A stretch of DNA of 64,000 nt, from assembly GCA_964538085.1 (NCBI GenBank), contig CAZIDF010000001.1, forward strand, positions 96,826 to 160,825, written 5' to 3'. Source of the DNA: an uncultured Eubacteriales bacterium. Its GTDB lineage: Bacteria; Acidobacteriota; Aminicenantia; Aminicenantales; Aminicenantaceae. The notes under the pieces were generated by a model. That model ran no database searches. It was given only the letters and a program-made list of their open reading frames with translations, and had not been told where the DNA came from. Below, one piece after another: positions 51,774 through 62,082 of this stretch. A program made the translations under genes and the position numbers. How positions within the stretch are numbered: the stretch's first letter is position 1; every line of letters starts with the position of its first letter.

Positions 51774-52487
51774 TCAGAAACCTTTCCGGTAACGGCGTGT
51801 CATGGTCACGAGCCAGGAATGAAGAGGAAGGAGCGGCTGGAATTTTTTCCAGCAATAGCTCACCAATTTTTTAGAATAAAATTCCTCAGGGATGGATGTT
51901 TCTATCCCCGCATGAAATCCGTTGAACAAAAGCAATTCTGCACGAGGATGAGAGGCATCGAAACCAGCAGGAACGCGTTTGTAGTGTTTCCCTCCGATTT
52001 GATAACCTTTTGTTTTTTCTATCTTAGCCACGATCTCGGCCAGATCCTTGCCGTGTTTGGCATGCAGGACAGAATTCCTGTAGGTATCGAATAAATATTT
52101 GGGAAACATGTATAAGCCAACACCCATAATCAGGACAGTCGGTTCCAGGTGAAAATAAAATCCGGGACATTCCATGCGCGGCCGGGTACCTTCCCAAAAG
52201 AATATCCCCATGTTGGTCTTGTAAGGCGATTTATCCGGGCTGAACCGGGTGTCCCGGTTGATCCGGAAAAGCGATTTATTGACCTTTGGCACAGCCATGA
52301 TGTCCGGAACGTGTGTCCTCAGTTCATCCCCCATGGCTAACACAAAAGCCTTGGCAGGCTGCATCACGTAGGTCTCATAATCATGCTTATGAGATTCGAA
52401 CCACTTTTTCGTGTTGTTCTTCTTGAGATCTCCGAAAAATTTGACAGTCTCTTTGTAAAATCCTTGAAATTTAAACTGTTCTGGCAT
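51774..52487 (-). CDS. DUF2461 (TIGR02453) family protein
   Basis: Conserved FFxxLxxNNxKxWF N-terminus (FFGDLKKNNTKKWF). RINRDTRFSPDKSPYK block. Confidence 0.65.
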   Translation of the reverse strand: MPEQFKFQGFYKETVKFFGDLKKNNTKKWFESHKHDYETYVMQPAKAFVLAMGDELRTHVPDIMAVPKVNKSLFRINRDTRFSPDKSPYKTNMGIFFWEGTRPRMECPGFYFHLEPTVLIMGVGLYMFPKYLFDTYRNSVLHAKHGKDLAEIVAKIEKTKGYQIGGKHYKRVPAGFDASHPRAELLLFNGFHAGIETSIPEEFYSKKLVSYCWKKFQPLLPLHSWLVTMTRRYRKGF

Positions 52488-52498
52488 TATTTGATCTC

Positions 52499-53434
52499 CT
52501 ATTCATTGACAACGCTGCCGTAGACGATCCGGCTCAGTTCCGCGATCAATTTTTCGGCATCTTCGCGCTTTTCGATTCCCCGAGTCAAAATCACAAGGAC
52601 ATAGGGTTTGTGTCCTTCCGGAAATACGATAGCCGCGTCATGGTCGATCCGTGTGATGGACCCGGTTTTGTTCGCGACCTTGACTCCCTCTGGAATACCT
52701 GATGGTATCTTGTTGCGGTACTTTTGCTGCGCCAGTATCTCGATCATTTCTTGACAGGCTTTTTCGGAAACAGCCTTCCCTTTTGCGATGGCATACATGA
52801 CCTGCATCATGCTCAGGGCATCGGTCTGGTTGTTCAATCCTTTTTCATAGGCCTTGATGTCCTCCACACCACGCAGAACCTTCATGTTCTGGATCTCCAA
52901 TTCCGCCAACGTTCCCCTGATGTTCTCTACACCCACAAATTCTATGAGTATATTCGCGGCCAGGTTGCTGCTCACCGTGATCATCCGATGAACCAGCTCC
53001 CGAATGGCCATTTCCTTTCCGATGTGCTGATAAATATCATCGTCCGAATCTTCGACAACCGTGAGGGAATACGGGCTCCCGTCCACGATGCTCTTGAAGT
53101 CATTCTTGACGTTGATTTTTTCATCCAGTGAAAACTTTCCCTGTTCTGCTTGTTTAAAAACCTCGATCATTACCGGCACTTTCATCAGGCTCGCCGCATG
53201 CATGATTGCTTCTGGATTTATCATCAAGAATTTAGTAGCGTCCAAACTTTGGAATACAATCGACACATCTGCACCTGATTTCTGAATTTCTCGTTTCAGT
53301 TTCTCTTGTAATTCTTCGATATCAGCTGACCGAGATCCTTTTAAAGTACTTGAGCTGCCACATAAAGGAAAAAGACCAAGACACAGAAGGCCAACAATCA
53401 AGATATGTAACCAAATCCTTTTGTTTTTCATCAT
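52499..53434 (-). CDS. class A beta-lactamase-related serine hydrolase (secreted)
   Basis: Signal peptide. SLMK (SxxK), SSN and KTG motifs. Start set at MMKNKRIW. Confidence 0.6.
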   Translation of the reverse strand: MMKNKRIWLHILIVGLLCLGLFPLCGSSSTLKGSRSADIEELQEKLKREIQKSGADVSIVFQSLDATKFLMINPEAIMHAASLMKVPVMIEVFKQAEQGKFSLDEKINVKNDFKSIVDGSPYSLTVVEDSDDDIYQHIGKEMAIRELVHRMITVSSNLAANILIEFVGVENIRGTLAELEIQNMKVLRGVEDIKAYEKGLNNQTDALSMMQVMYAIAKGKAVSEKACQEMIEILAQQKYRNKIPSGIPEGVKVANKTGSITRIDHDAAIVFPEGHKPYVLVILTRGIEKREDAEKLIAELSRIVYGSVVNE

Positions 53435-53444
53435 ATTCCCTATC

Positions 53445-55199
53445 CTAACGTTGGACGCGGCCCGTGGTGTCTCCTGCCACAAGGCGTTCCACTTCCTCGA
53501 CGCTGACGATGTTGAAGTCACCACAGATGGAGTGTTTCAAACAGGCAGCCGCTATCCCGAAGGACAGAGCTTCTTCGTCCTTTTTCTCTTGTAGGAAGCT
53601 GTAAATCAAACCGGCGGCAAAGGCATCCCCTGTTCCCACACGATCCATGATCGGCACATGATATTTGGGCCCCTGGATGAACTCATTCCCATTGAACAGG
53701 CAAGCAGACCAAAAGTTCTCCGAAGCAGAGATGCTTTCCCGAAGCGTAATGGCGACTTTCTTAAAGCCAAACCGGTCCACAAGAGATTTTGTCAAATCTT
53801 TGTACCCATCCACATTCAACTTGCCTTTATCGACATCCGTATCCCTGGGTTTGATGCCGAATACTTTCATCGGCTCCTCCTCATTCCCGATCAGGATGTC
53901 CACATGGGACATAAGATCGGTCATGACCATTCGGGCCTTTTCTTCTGTCCACAGCTTTTTCCGGAAATTCAGGTCGACACTGACAGTGATCTCCATTTTC
54001 TTGGCCTGATCCAAGCCTTCGCTCAGGCTATTCAGCAATGAATCGCTTAGAGCGGGTGTGATTCCCGTCCAGTGGAACCAGCGAGCTCCATGCAAGATTC
54101 TCTCCCAATCCACATCTTCCGGGCGGAGCATGGAAACGGCCGAATGAGTCCGGTCGTAGACCACTTTCGAAGGCCTCATCCCATGCCCATGTTCCAAATA
54201 ATAAATCCCTATCCGATCCCCTTTCCGGACAATGAACTGCGTGTCCACTCCATATCTCTTTAACATCCCGATAGCTGTATTACCCAAGTCATTCAGCGGA
54301 AAGGCGCTCACATAACTTGCATCTATCCCGAATTGAGCCAAAGAAACAGCCACATTGGCTTCAGCTCCGCCGAAGTGAAAATCGAACGCCTTAGCCTGCC
54401 GCAACCGCACTCCTTTGGGGGGAGACAAGCGGACCATCATTTCACCAAAAGTGACGACCTTAGAGCTTTTGACTCGAATTTCAGGTTTTTCCAAAACCGG
54501 TTTTTTGCTTTCAAGGACAGGCTCGGATTTCAGGGCTACTTTCCATTGCCTAATTTCCGCTTTCATCTTTTCAGGATCATCTAAATGTTTGGCCAGCGCA
54601 GAGGCACAAAATATTCCCAGAGGGTCTGTCTGGATCGTCTTTTTCATTGTTTCACGAGTGATGCCCCCCGTGTAGACAACAGCCAAGTCTTTGTATGGCC
54701 CTCTCCAAGCTTTAACCAGATCAATATTTGCGATATCACCTGAATAAGCAGGAAATAGCTTGTAAATCCATTGATAAGGATACTTCTTGCTGAGATCTTC
54801 GATTTCACACCCATAATCCATAGCTTTCCTGACTAGCTGTTTACCCACATCGGAAATTCCTCCCGGGATGCACATGATGTCTTTTTTCACGCAAACATCG
54901 ATAACCTCGGGAATGTAATCAGCAGACACGATACCAGCAACGCCCGCTTCGATAGCTCGCTCAGCTTGATCGCTAGTCATCACCGTCCCGGCCAGAACAA
55001 GAGCACCCCGATGTTTGTCGAGAATGGCTTTTATCCCCCCAAGAGCATGCTCCGACCGGAAAGCGATCTCCAGGAGAATCCCTTCCGCTTCGCATAGTTC
55101 AAACGCTTTTACGCACTCTTCCACACTCTTGGGATTCAACAAGGCCACCAACCTGATATCTTTAAGTTTTTCAAATAACTTGGCCGACTTATTCATCAC
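53445..55199 (-). CDS. bifunctional KDPG aldolase (Eda) / 2-dehydro-3-deoxygluconokinase (KdgK, PfkB family) fusion
   Basis: N-terminal domain has GTVMTSDQAERAIEAGVAGIVSAD and the Schiff-base motif KLFPA. C-terminal domain has PfkB DRVGTGDAFAAG. Confidence 0.75.
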   Translation of the reverse strand: MMNKSAKLFEKLKDIRLVALLNPKSVEECVKAFELCEAEGILLEIAFRSEHALGGIKAILDKHRGALVLAGTVMTSDQAERAIEAGVAGIVSADYIPEVIDVCVKKDIMCIPGGISDVGKQLVRKAMDYGCEIEDLSKKYPYQWIYKLFPAYSGDIANIDLVKAWRGPYKDLAVVYTGGITRETMKKTIQTDPLGIFCASALAKHLDDPEKMKAEIRQWKVALKSEPVLESKKPVLEKPEIRVKSSKVVTFGEMMVRLSPPKGVRLRQAKAFDFHFGGAEANVAVSLAQFGIDASYVSAFPLNDLGNTAIGMLKRYGVDTQFIVRKGDRIGIYYLEHGHGMRPSKVVYDRTHSAVSMLRPEDVDWERILHGARWFHWTGITPALSDSLLNSLSEGLDQAKKMEITVSVDLNFRKKLWTEEKARMVMTDLMSHVDILIGNEEEPMKVFGIKPRDTDVDKGKLNVDGYKDLTKSLVDRFGFKKVAITLRESISASENFWSACLFNGNEFIQGPKYHVPIMDRVGTGDAFAAGLIYSFLQEKKDEEALSFGIAAACLKHSICGDFNIVSVEEVERLVAGDTTGRVQR

Positions 55200-55208
55200 C
55201 GATCTCCT

Positions 55209-56000
55209 TTACAACCGCTGAATGTTCATCCCGCCGCTCACTTCCACCACCAATCCTGTCGAATAGGCAAAATCTCCCCGAGCTAGCGCTGTGACAGCCC
55301 TTGCCACATCTTCTGGGTACCCCCACCTCTTCTGGGGAATGAGGCCTCCGGCTATGAGTTTATCATACTTTGCTTTGACAGGAACCGTCATATCTGTTTG
55401 GATGATGCCCGGCCGCACCTCGTACACATAGATACCATGTTCAGCCAACCGGTCGGCGAAAATTTTTGCGGTCATGCTCAAAGCGGCTTTGGAAATGCAG
55501 TACTCCGGCCGGGACGGCGAGGAGACGTAAGCAGAGATGGAAGAGACAAAAATGATGCAGGGTTTATCTGTGAATTCTTCTCCCCTCTGTCGGATCATTT
55601 GTTTTACGATCGTTTGGGTGAGAAAAAACGCTCCTCTGGCGTTTATGGAAAGCACTCGATCGTAACTTTCAGGGATCGTCTCCAGTATATCCATCCTCTT
55701 CTCCGGGGCAACGCCGGCATTGTTCACCAGCACATCGATCCTTCCGAACGTACCGAGTGTTTCTCTGAGAATCGTTTTATGACCGTCCAGTACAGATACA
55801 TCCGATCGAATCGGCAAAAATTTGCGGCCAAGTTCTTCGACCTTCTCTCTGACTTCGAAAAGACCTTTTTGTTTGTTATCGGGATCAGCGAGCAGGTCGA
55901 CTCCCACGATATCGAATCCATTTTTCGCCAATTCCAAGCATATTCCCCTGCCTATTCCTCTTGCAGCCCCTGTCACCAACGCGACTTTTTTATCACTCAC
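55209..56000 (-). CDS. SDR family oxidoreductase (KduD/gluconate 5-dehydrogenase-like)
   Basis: TGAARGIGRG cofactor motif. YxxxK catalytic motif (YCISK). Confidence 0.8.
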   Translation of the reverse strand: MSDKKVALVTGAARGIGRGICLELAKNGFDIVGVDLLADPDNKQKGLFEVREKVEELGRKFLPIRSDVSVLDGHKTILRETLGTFGRIDVLVNNAGVAPEKRMDILETIPESYDRVLSINARGAFFLTQTIVKQMIRQRGEEFTDKPCIIFVSSISAYVSSPSRPEYCISKAALSMTAKIFADRLAEHGIYVYEVRPGIIQTDMTVPVKAKYDKLIAGGLIPQKRWGYPEDVARAVTALARGDFAYSTGLVVEVSGGMNIQRL

Positions 56001-56184
56001 TTTTCCCTCTCCGATATCCAGGAAATTACCGTCAAATCAAACACGGCATCCGCATTTTATCAAAAAAAGAAAAATTTCTCATATTTATGATATCCTTTTT
56101 CGTAACCGTGTTTGACAGATCCACAGGATTGTGAATAAAATTGAAGGGAATAATTCGAAACATGAATTCTGAGGGAAAGGGGCA

Positions 56185-57522
56185 ATGAAAAAAATCTTTG
56201 TATTCTTTGTTTTCGTTTTATCTTTGAGCCTCTCTGCTGTGAGTACTGAAGAGGCTTCGAACAAGGCAGTTTCTATCAAAATCTTAAAGAGCACCTCATC
56301 CCAAGAAGTCTCAGGAGAAAAGGCAAGCGAAGGCCGAGTATTCATCATCTTGGAAACGGAATGGGAAAATATCCACCCCAAACAGAAGATAGAAAAGGAC
56401 AAGTTGGAAGGAAAAACGGACAGGACAATGGGTGTAGGGACATTGGCCGGCAAGAAAAAAAAGGAAACAGAGTTGGTCGAGGTTGACGTGGCTTACCAGG
56501 TAGGGAAGCTATATGACCACGTTTATCTCCTCGTAGATGGTCTGGCTTATCCCCTCCATAATATCACCGAAGATATTCCTGAAGGAGTGAAACTGCAAAA
56601 GACTTTTGCGATAGCCAAAAAGGGGGAAAAGCGAAAGGCCAGTTTTGTTTATCTAATCCCCGAGCATGCAAAGAACCTCGGCTTTCAATTCTTCGACTAC
56701 CAATACGGACATGTTCTCCTCCCGGTCCGAGGAGATCTGAAATTGGCCCAGGGTTCTGGAAGCCCTCCAGAAAATGTACTTGGACAGATAGAAACCGGAT
56801 TGGTAGAAATCGCTGCTCACGCCGTTGACTTTCAAAATGCATATGCCGGTGATGAAGCACCCGAGGATTGGCGATATGCTGTTGTTCAACTCAGCGGAAA
56901 AAGCCTTTCAGGCAAAAATGTCAAAGACATCGTCCAGTTCGAACCTACCGAATACACATGGATAAACACTGAAGGAGGCTATTTGTATTATGCCTCAGGT
57001 GGATCAACGAATGAGGGAGGAATGATCCGATTTACTCCCGAAGTATTCCAGCACCAGGAAATTGCATTTCTGATTCCTTCCTCCGCTCGGGTAGCTCAGC
57101 TGGGCATTAGACTCCGAAACGCTGTCTTCCAGCTCAAACTAACTGACAAAAAACCGGAGGATATGCCCGATGCTATTGCCACACACCGCGATGGCGATGT
57201 CATGGAAGTGAAACTCTTCGGAACGCGGGAGGAAGGTGGCAGAGTTGTTTTAGATGTCGGTATCCAATCTTTGGCCACTAGCGGCATCGAAATACAGAGA
57301 AAAGCCCAATTTCAACTTGTTGTAAATGATGAAAAAATTTCATTGGATGACTCGGCAACAGATCGACTCCTGCACCGTCCTCCAAAACCTTTTGTCATCC
57401 CCCCAAAAACATTTGTCCGCTTCGAGCTGGCGTTCGAATCGCCTGACTCTCCAACTTCCCTGTATTACCGAGGATACAGGAGTGAAAAAACTTTCCCACT
57501 ATCAAATAAGAATTTTTTTTAA
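56185..57522 (+). CDS. secreted hypothetical protein
   Basis: 445 aa. Signal peptide (FVFFVFVLSLSLSAV). No recognisable domain. Confidence 0.5.
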   Translation: MKKIFVFFVFVLSLSLSAVSTEEASNKAVSIKILKSTSSQEVSGEKASEGRVFIILETEWENIHPKQKIEKDKLEGKTDRTMGVGTLAGKKKKETELVEVDVAYQVGKLYDHVYLLVDGLAYPLHNITEDIPEGVKLQKTFAIAKKGEKRKASFVYLIPEHAKNLGFQFFDYQYGHVLLPVRGDLKLAQGSGSPPENVLGQIETGLVEIAAHAVDFQNAYAGDEAPEDWRYAVVQLSGKSLSGKNVKDIVQFEPTEYTWINTEGGYLYYASGGSTNEGGMIRFTPEVFQHQEIAFLIPSSARVAQLGIRLRNAVFQLKLTDKKPEDMPDAIATHRDGDVMEVKLFGTREEGGRVVLDVGIQSLATSGIEIQRKAQFQLVVNDEKISLDDSATDRLLHRPPKPFVIPPKTFVRFELAFESPDSPTSLYYRGYRSEKTFPLSNKNFF

Positions 57523-57544
57523 CATAAATATATATAAATGAGGT

Positions 57545-60013
57545 GTGAGAATGAATTCCATATTCAACGTTTTTGATTTCAACAAGATGGCCGTTATTCC
57601 CATCATCTTTTTGCTTTTTCTCTGTTCCTTTCAAGGCTTCACTAATGAAAAAGTCGAAAAAGAAATATTTCAAACAACAGCTCAAGAGAGTTTAGAGTTG
57701 ACGGAAGTGGAAATTGCAAAGGTCCTAGAAGGACTGAAAAAACTGAACCGTGCTATTTTGCAAGCTTCTCAAGAAATTCCAAGGGATACATTCGATCCTC
57801 AAGCCATCGTCAATAACGTCGGCGAAAACCCGAAATCGCTGTTCGAATGGGTTAGGGATGAAACCATCTTGGTTCCCTACCGAGGAATCCTTCGCGGCCC
57901 TTTAGGTGTTCTGATGGACCGATGTGGGAACAGCCTTGACAGAGCTCTTCTGCTTCATGAACTTCTGCGGTTAGCTGGCTATGATGCAAGGCTGGTGCAG
58001 GGAAGCATAACAGAAAATCAAGCAAAGGGAATCCTGGAGAATATGCCCGATGTTCATAATATTCTCCAGGACGATAAAACGGAAACCGATTTTGAAAACC
58101 TCATACAAATTTATGCGAAAAAATATGATATCTCCGGAGAAGAACTGCGAAAAAGCCGAGAGGATCTTGTTAAGGAAAAAGAACGCATTTCCAATATCAT
58201 TCGAAAAAGAGTAGCCGAACAGGCTGAGGCATTATCCACACTATTGAAGATCGAACCGGAAAAAAGGATTGAGAAGGAAAACACATCGATTTTTGAGAGC
58301 TTAAAAGACCATTGGTGGATTCAGGTGAACGAAAACGGCGATTGGCTGGATTTGGACCCGACAATCTTGAATGCAAAACCAGGCGATACATTAACGTCCG
58401 TGCAAAATACCTGGGATGCAGAAGATCTCGATGAGGATTTGATTCATCTTCTTACCATCCACATCATTGTCGAGCGCTGGGAAGAAGGAAGCTTAAAAGA
58501 GGAAACCGTCCTTGAACACGCCTTGCACCCTTCAGATCTCTTCGGCCAACGCATCGAGCTAACGCATGATCCTCTCGATTGGCCGAAGGACGATGATCTT
58601 TATAGTAATGATCAACCCATAAAAAATCTAAAAGAAACCGTTTTGAATCTCAAAGAATGGATTCCCGCATTGACCATTGGTTCTGATAAAATCGGCAAAA
58701 AAAGCTTCACGAAATCAGGGGAAGTCAACGAGAAGCCAGGGGAAAAAACCGAAAAACAAGGTGGGAGTGTCGCAGGAGGCCTGATGGGGGCATTCGGGAG
58801 ATCGAAAACGAAAGCCGAGGATCGATCGATTTTGACAGCCGAGTGGATCGAATTCGAAATTTGGGCTCCAGGTCAGGTTCCAAAAAAAATCCGGCGAGAA
58901 ATTTTCGACTTAATCGGCCCTGCAAAGCGAAAATTATCTAACAACACCAAACCTGAATTCAACGACAACCAGATCCTCGAGCGGAATTTTCTGATTCTGG
59001 GGCAAACGGAAATCCTTCCTTTGGTCTGCAAATTATCCCCTGAATTCACAGAGTATCTTTCAGCTAGAGAAATGTTGACCGACATGGAAGTGATCCTGAA
59101 TCTTATCGAAGATCATGCCACGATCGAAAACGCCGACATCATTGCCCAAATGGCTTTGATCTCCCCTCTTCCAGGATCGCTGTATAACTTGGCCATAGCC
59201 CGTTCCAACCTCAGCAGATTCGATCGAGACACTTACCTGGATAGATTGAATCTATTTTGTCTTCAAACCTTCCTCCAACAGAATTCTCTCGGGGAATTGG
59301 AGGAATTTCAGAAAACAGATATCGTCCTGAATAATATGGCAGTACATCCTAAATCGAAAGAAGATCCCTTCCGGATTCGTTTGGAACAAGGTGTCCTCGA
59401 GACCAACGCTGAAGTCGAACACGCGATCAGCGAGAGCTGGACCGACAACACGGCTTTGCTTTTTGCCGAATCGATTAAACAGGGAATCCCTTGGGTGTTC
59501 ATTCGTGATGTGCAGGATTCTGCTCTTCAAAAAGCCCAAATAGAAGCCGATACACGTGCCTTCATCGAACAGGATTTGTTAGATGGGTATGTTGTCATCG
59601 TTCCGCAAAAGCCCATTCCGATAAGAGGAAAACTATCGACAGGCTGGTGGCGAGTCGATCCTAGATCTGGTACGACCATCGGGATGAATGGTAACGGTTC
59701 TGGACAGGCAATGTCACAGTATGCCCGGAGCGTGAACATGGCATTGCAGCTAAAAGCCGCAATTCAAATACATGCTGGGATCATGCGTTGCATGGCTGCA
59801 GCCATAACCAGCCCGCTTCGAGGAAACAGGCCGCAGAACGATCGCATAACCCTGAGATGCATTTGGGTAACGGTATGTTCGAATGTTCAGCGCACTGCAA
59901 AAGGGTTGATGAACATCGATGTCAATTGGACGAATATCATCATAAGTGAAACCATCCATTGGGCCCTAAAAAGCTTGTGTGCGAATCTGTGGGACGAGGG
60001 GATCGAAAAGTAA
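57545..60013 (+). CDS. transglutaminase-like (papain-fold cysteine protease-like) domain protein, secreted/membrane-anchored
   Basis: 822 aa with N-terminal hydrophobic segment. Transglutaminase-core-like CGNSLDRALLLHELLRLAGYDARLV. Lies 22 nt after the preceding secreted gene. Confidence 0.55.
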   Translation: MRMNSIFNVFDFNKMAVIPIIFLLFLCSFQGFTNEKVEKEIFQTTAQESLELTEVEIAKVLEGLKKLNRAILQASQEIPRDTFDPQAIVNNVGENPKSLFEWVRDETILVPYRGILRGPLGVLMDRCGNSLDRALLLHELLRLAGYDARLVQGSITENQAKGILENMPDVHNILQDDKTETDFENLIQIYAKKYDISGEELRKSREDLVKEKERISNIIRKRVAEQAEALSTLLKIEPEKRIEKENTSIFESLKDHWWIQVNENGDWLDLDPTILNAKPGDTLTSVQNTWDAEDLDEDLIHLLTIHIIVERWEEGSLKEETVLEHALHPSDLFGQRIELTHDPLDWPKDDDLYSNDQPIKNLKETVLNLKEWIPALTIGSDKIGKKSFTKSGEVNEKPGEKTEKQGGSVAGGLMGAFGRSKTKAEDRSILTAEWIEFEIWAPGQVPKKIRREIFDLIGPAKRKLSNNTKPEFNDNQILERNFLILGQTEILPLVCKLSPEFTEYLSAREMLTDMEVILNLIEDHATIENADIIAQMALISPLPGSLYNLAIARSNLSRFDRDTYLDRLNLFCLQTFLQQNSLGELEEFQKTDIVLNNMAVHPKSKEDPFRIRLEQGVLETNAEVEHAISESWTDNTALLFAESIKQGIPWVFIRDVQDSALQKAQIEADTRAFIEQDLLDGYVVIVPQKPIPIRGKLSTGWWRVDPRSGTTIGMNGNGSGQAMSQYARSVNMALQLKAAIQIHAGIMRCMAAAITSPLRGNRPQNDRITLRCIWVTVCSNVQRTAKGLMNIDVNWTNIIISETIHWALKSLCANLWDEGIEK

Positions 60014-60021
60014 ACAAAGTT

Positions 60022-60045
60022 TGTTATCCAAAATTTTGGATAACA
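60022..60045. terminator. 24-bp perfect palindrome between convergent genes (candidate bidirectional terminator or protein-binding site)
   Basis: TGTTATCCAAAATTTTGGATAACA. Sits between the stops at 60013 (+) and 60073 (-). Confidence 0.35.
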
Positions 60046-60072
60046 GCAAGTAGATCATCAAGAAAAAAACCG

Positions 60073-62082
60073 CTATTTCACGATATCGTCATTCAGGTAA
60101 CGATTCCAGACGTTTTCAAACCAGGTGTCCTCCCGGGGAATGGGATGGATATCAACCCACTGCTTTGAAACGTTGCCTCCCGAGTCCAGTGAAACCTCCA
60201 ATATTTTATTATTCACGAAGGCATCTTGATCGTTCAGGAGAAATTTCCATCGATCGCCCAGTTCATCACAAGGAACGTCTCCATCAGGATTCCAAACGAG
60301 ATAGGACCCGCGGCTCTGTCCTCCCCTTTCCAAATACTCTCCGATCGCTTCAAGATAGAGAACGTGAGTCAAACATAAATCCATAATCTTGAACGCCTCC
60401 GGCAGTGTTTTGGCGGACGTAATGCTTATGTCCTTATGAAGATTAGCATACAAATCCCACGCTTGGGCCTTGGCCTCGATAATTTTTTGTGGATCTCTGA
60501 TGTGAGCCCCCACGGCCGTCATTCTCTCTTGAATCTGATTCCTCGAATCTTGAACGAAGCTATCATTCGCCAATCGAGAATCGACGACACTTTCAGCAAA
60601 AGCCAGTTTATCGGCAATTTGATCTCGAACCATATCGCGGAATTCCTTATCCTGAGGCGGGGCGTCCACGTAACGTTTGGCAACAAACAATGCCGCGCGC
60701 AGGCTCCCCACTTGCCCGGAATTCAACGCCGATCCACCTGGCCTGTAAACGCCATGGGTACCGTTTACTTCACCCACAGGGAAAAGGTGTTTGATATTGC
60801 TTTCCCACCAGATATTTCCCTTCAGCCCGCCGTTGTTATGCTGCACACAGACAGCAATCTCCAGGGGCTGCTTCGCTATATCGATCCCATGGTTTTTGTA
60901 AAGATCGATGGCGGGTTGATTCATTTTTTTGAGTCTTTCGATCGGTGTCCCGATTAATGCGCCGGATTTTCGGAGATATTCATATGCTTCCTTACCCAAA
61001 CATTCAAAACAAAAATCTTCCAGGATTCCTCCCCCGCCGGGATTCCGGGTAAAATCCAGAAACACCCTCCTCCCATAGATGACCGTCTCCTGGTAAACAA
61101 GAATGTCGATCAAGGAAGAACCATATTCCTGTACTTTCCGCGGATCGAAGGGCCACTGATAACCTTTGAGGAATATGGCAGTAGCCAGTTTTCCCATGTC
61201 GGGGAAATAATCGTTCAAGAATTCCCGATCATCCATGCCCTCTAAGTCGGTAGATACATAACGGGGGATAACCTGCTGATAGGTTCCGGACAGATTCCAT
61301 CGAAACTTGATCGATGCCAATCCGAACTGGGATTCGGTCAGGTTATTCCCTATGGCCCCGATCGCAAAAGCCAGTCCATGGGATCCAACTTGGCTCTCAG
61401 GATAAACGGACGTTTTGTAGATTCCGGCCGGCCCTCCCGTGGCCAACACCACATTGACCGCATTGAAGACCACAAAGCCATAATTTTTTTTATCGACCTG
61501 GCCCCTGTCGATGGCCATAGCACCGACCACCCTTTTTTCTGGCCCCTCCTTTGAGGACAAAAGCGCGACGATCTCGTGCCGGTCGAAAACAGCGATCCCC
61601 TTTTCTTGGACTTCTTTTGAAAGGGATTCGACCATCAGGCGCGAAGTCAGGGGTCCGGCTGAGGTGGCTCTTCCCCGGGGATCGTGGTCAGTTTTATATC
61701 CCACATACCCCCCATATTTATCGTGTGGAAAAGGAACACCCAAGCCGACAAGATTAAAAAAGGCTTGGGTCGAGTTCATGGCTTCACAAAGAGCGATGTC
61801 CCCATTCATGCATCCGCCATTGTATAGATCCTGTGCCATTTCCATAGGAGAATCGGGAGAATCACTGGAAACCGAGAGTTTGTAATAGGTTTGTTTATCC
61901 GATCCGGCGTTGTACGAGGTCCCGCCTCTCCAGAGATCCGTGGCGATAGCGATGTTTTTCTGGCCAAATTTGTACAGGCTTAAAGCTGCATTCAACGCGG
62001 CCGCTCCGCTCCCGATGATAAGAGTGTTGAGCGAGTATAGGGGAATTTTTTTGCCCTGGACCTCGATCGTACTTCTTTTCAT
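60073..62082 (-). CDS. FAD_binding_2 family flavoprotein oxidoreductase (fumarate reductase/succinate dehydrogenase flavoprotein-like)
   Basis: N-terminal IIGSGAAALNAAL dinucleotide-binding motif. HNNGGL motif near the C-terminal third. 669 aa. Confidence 0.65.
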   Translation of the reverse strand: MKRSTIEVQGKKIPLYSLNTLIIGSGAAALNAALSLYKFGQKNIAIATDLWRGGTSYNAGSDKQTYYKLSVSSDSPDSPMEMAQDLYNGGCMNGDIALCEAMNSTQAFFNLVGLGVPFPHDKYGGYVGYKTDHDPRGRATSAGPLTSRLMVESLSKEVQEKGIAVFDRHEIVALLSSKEGPEKRVVGAMAIDRGQVDKKNYGFVVFNAVNVVLATGGPAGIYKTSVYPESQVGSHGLAFAIGAIGNNLTESQFGLASIKFRWNLSGTYQQVIPRYVSTDLEGMDDREFLNDYFPDMGKLATAIFLKGYQWPFDPRKVQEYGSSLIDILVYQETVIYGRRVFLDFTRNPGGGGILEDFCFECLGKEAYEYLRKSGALIGTPIERLKKMNQPAIDLYKNHGIDIAKQPLEIAVCVQHNNGGLKGNIWWESNIKHLFPVGEVNGTHGVYRPGGSALNSGQVGSLRAALFVAKRYVDAPPQDKEFRDMVRDQIADKLAFAESVVDSRLANDSFVQDSRNQIQERMTAVGAHIRDPQKIIEAKAQAWDLYANLHKDISITSAKTLPEAFKIMDLCLTHVLYLEAIGEYLERGGQSRGSYLVWNPDGDVPCDELGDRWKFLLNDQDAFVNNKILEVSLDSGGNVSKQWVDIHPIPREDTWFENVWNRYLNDDIVK

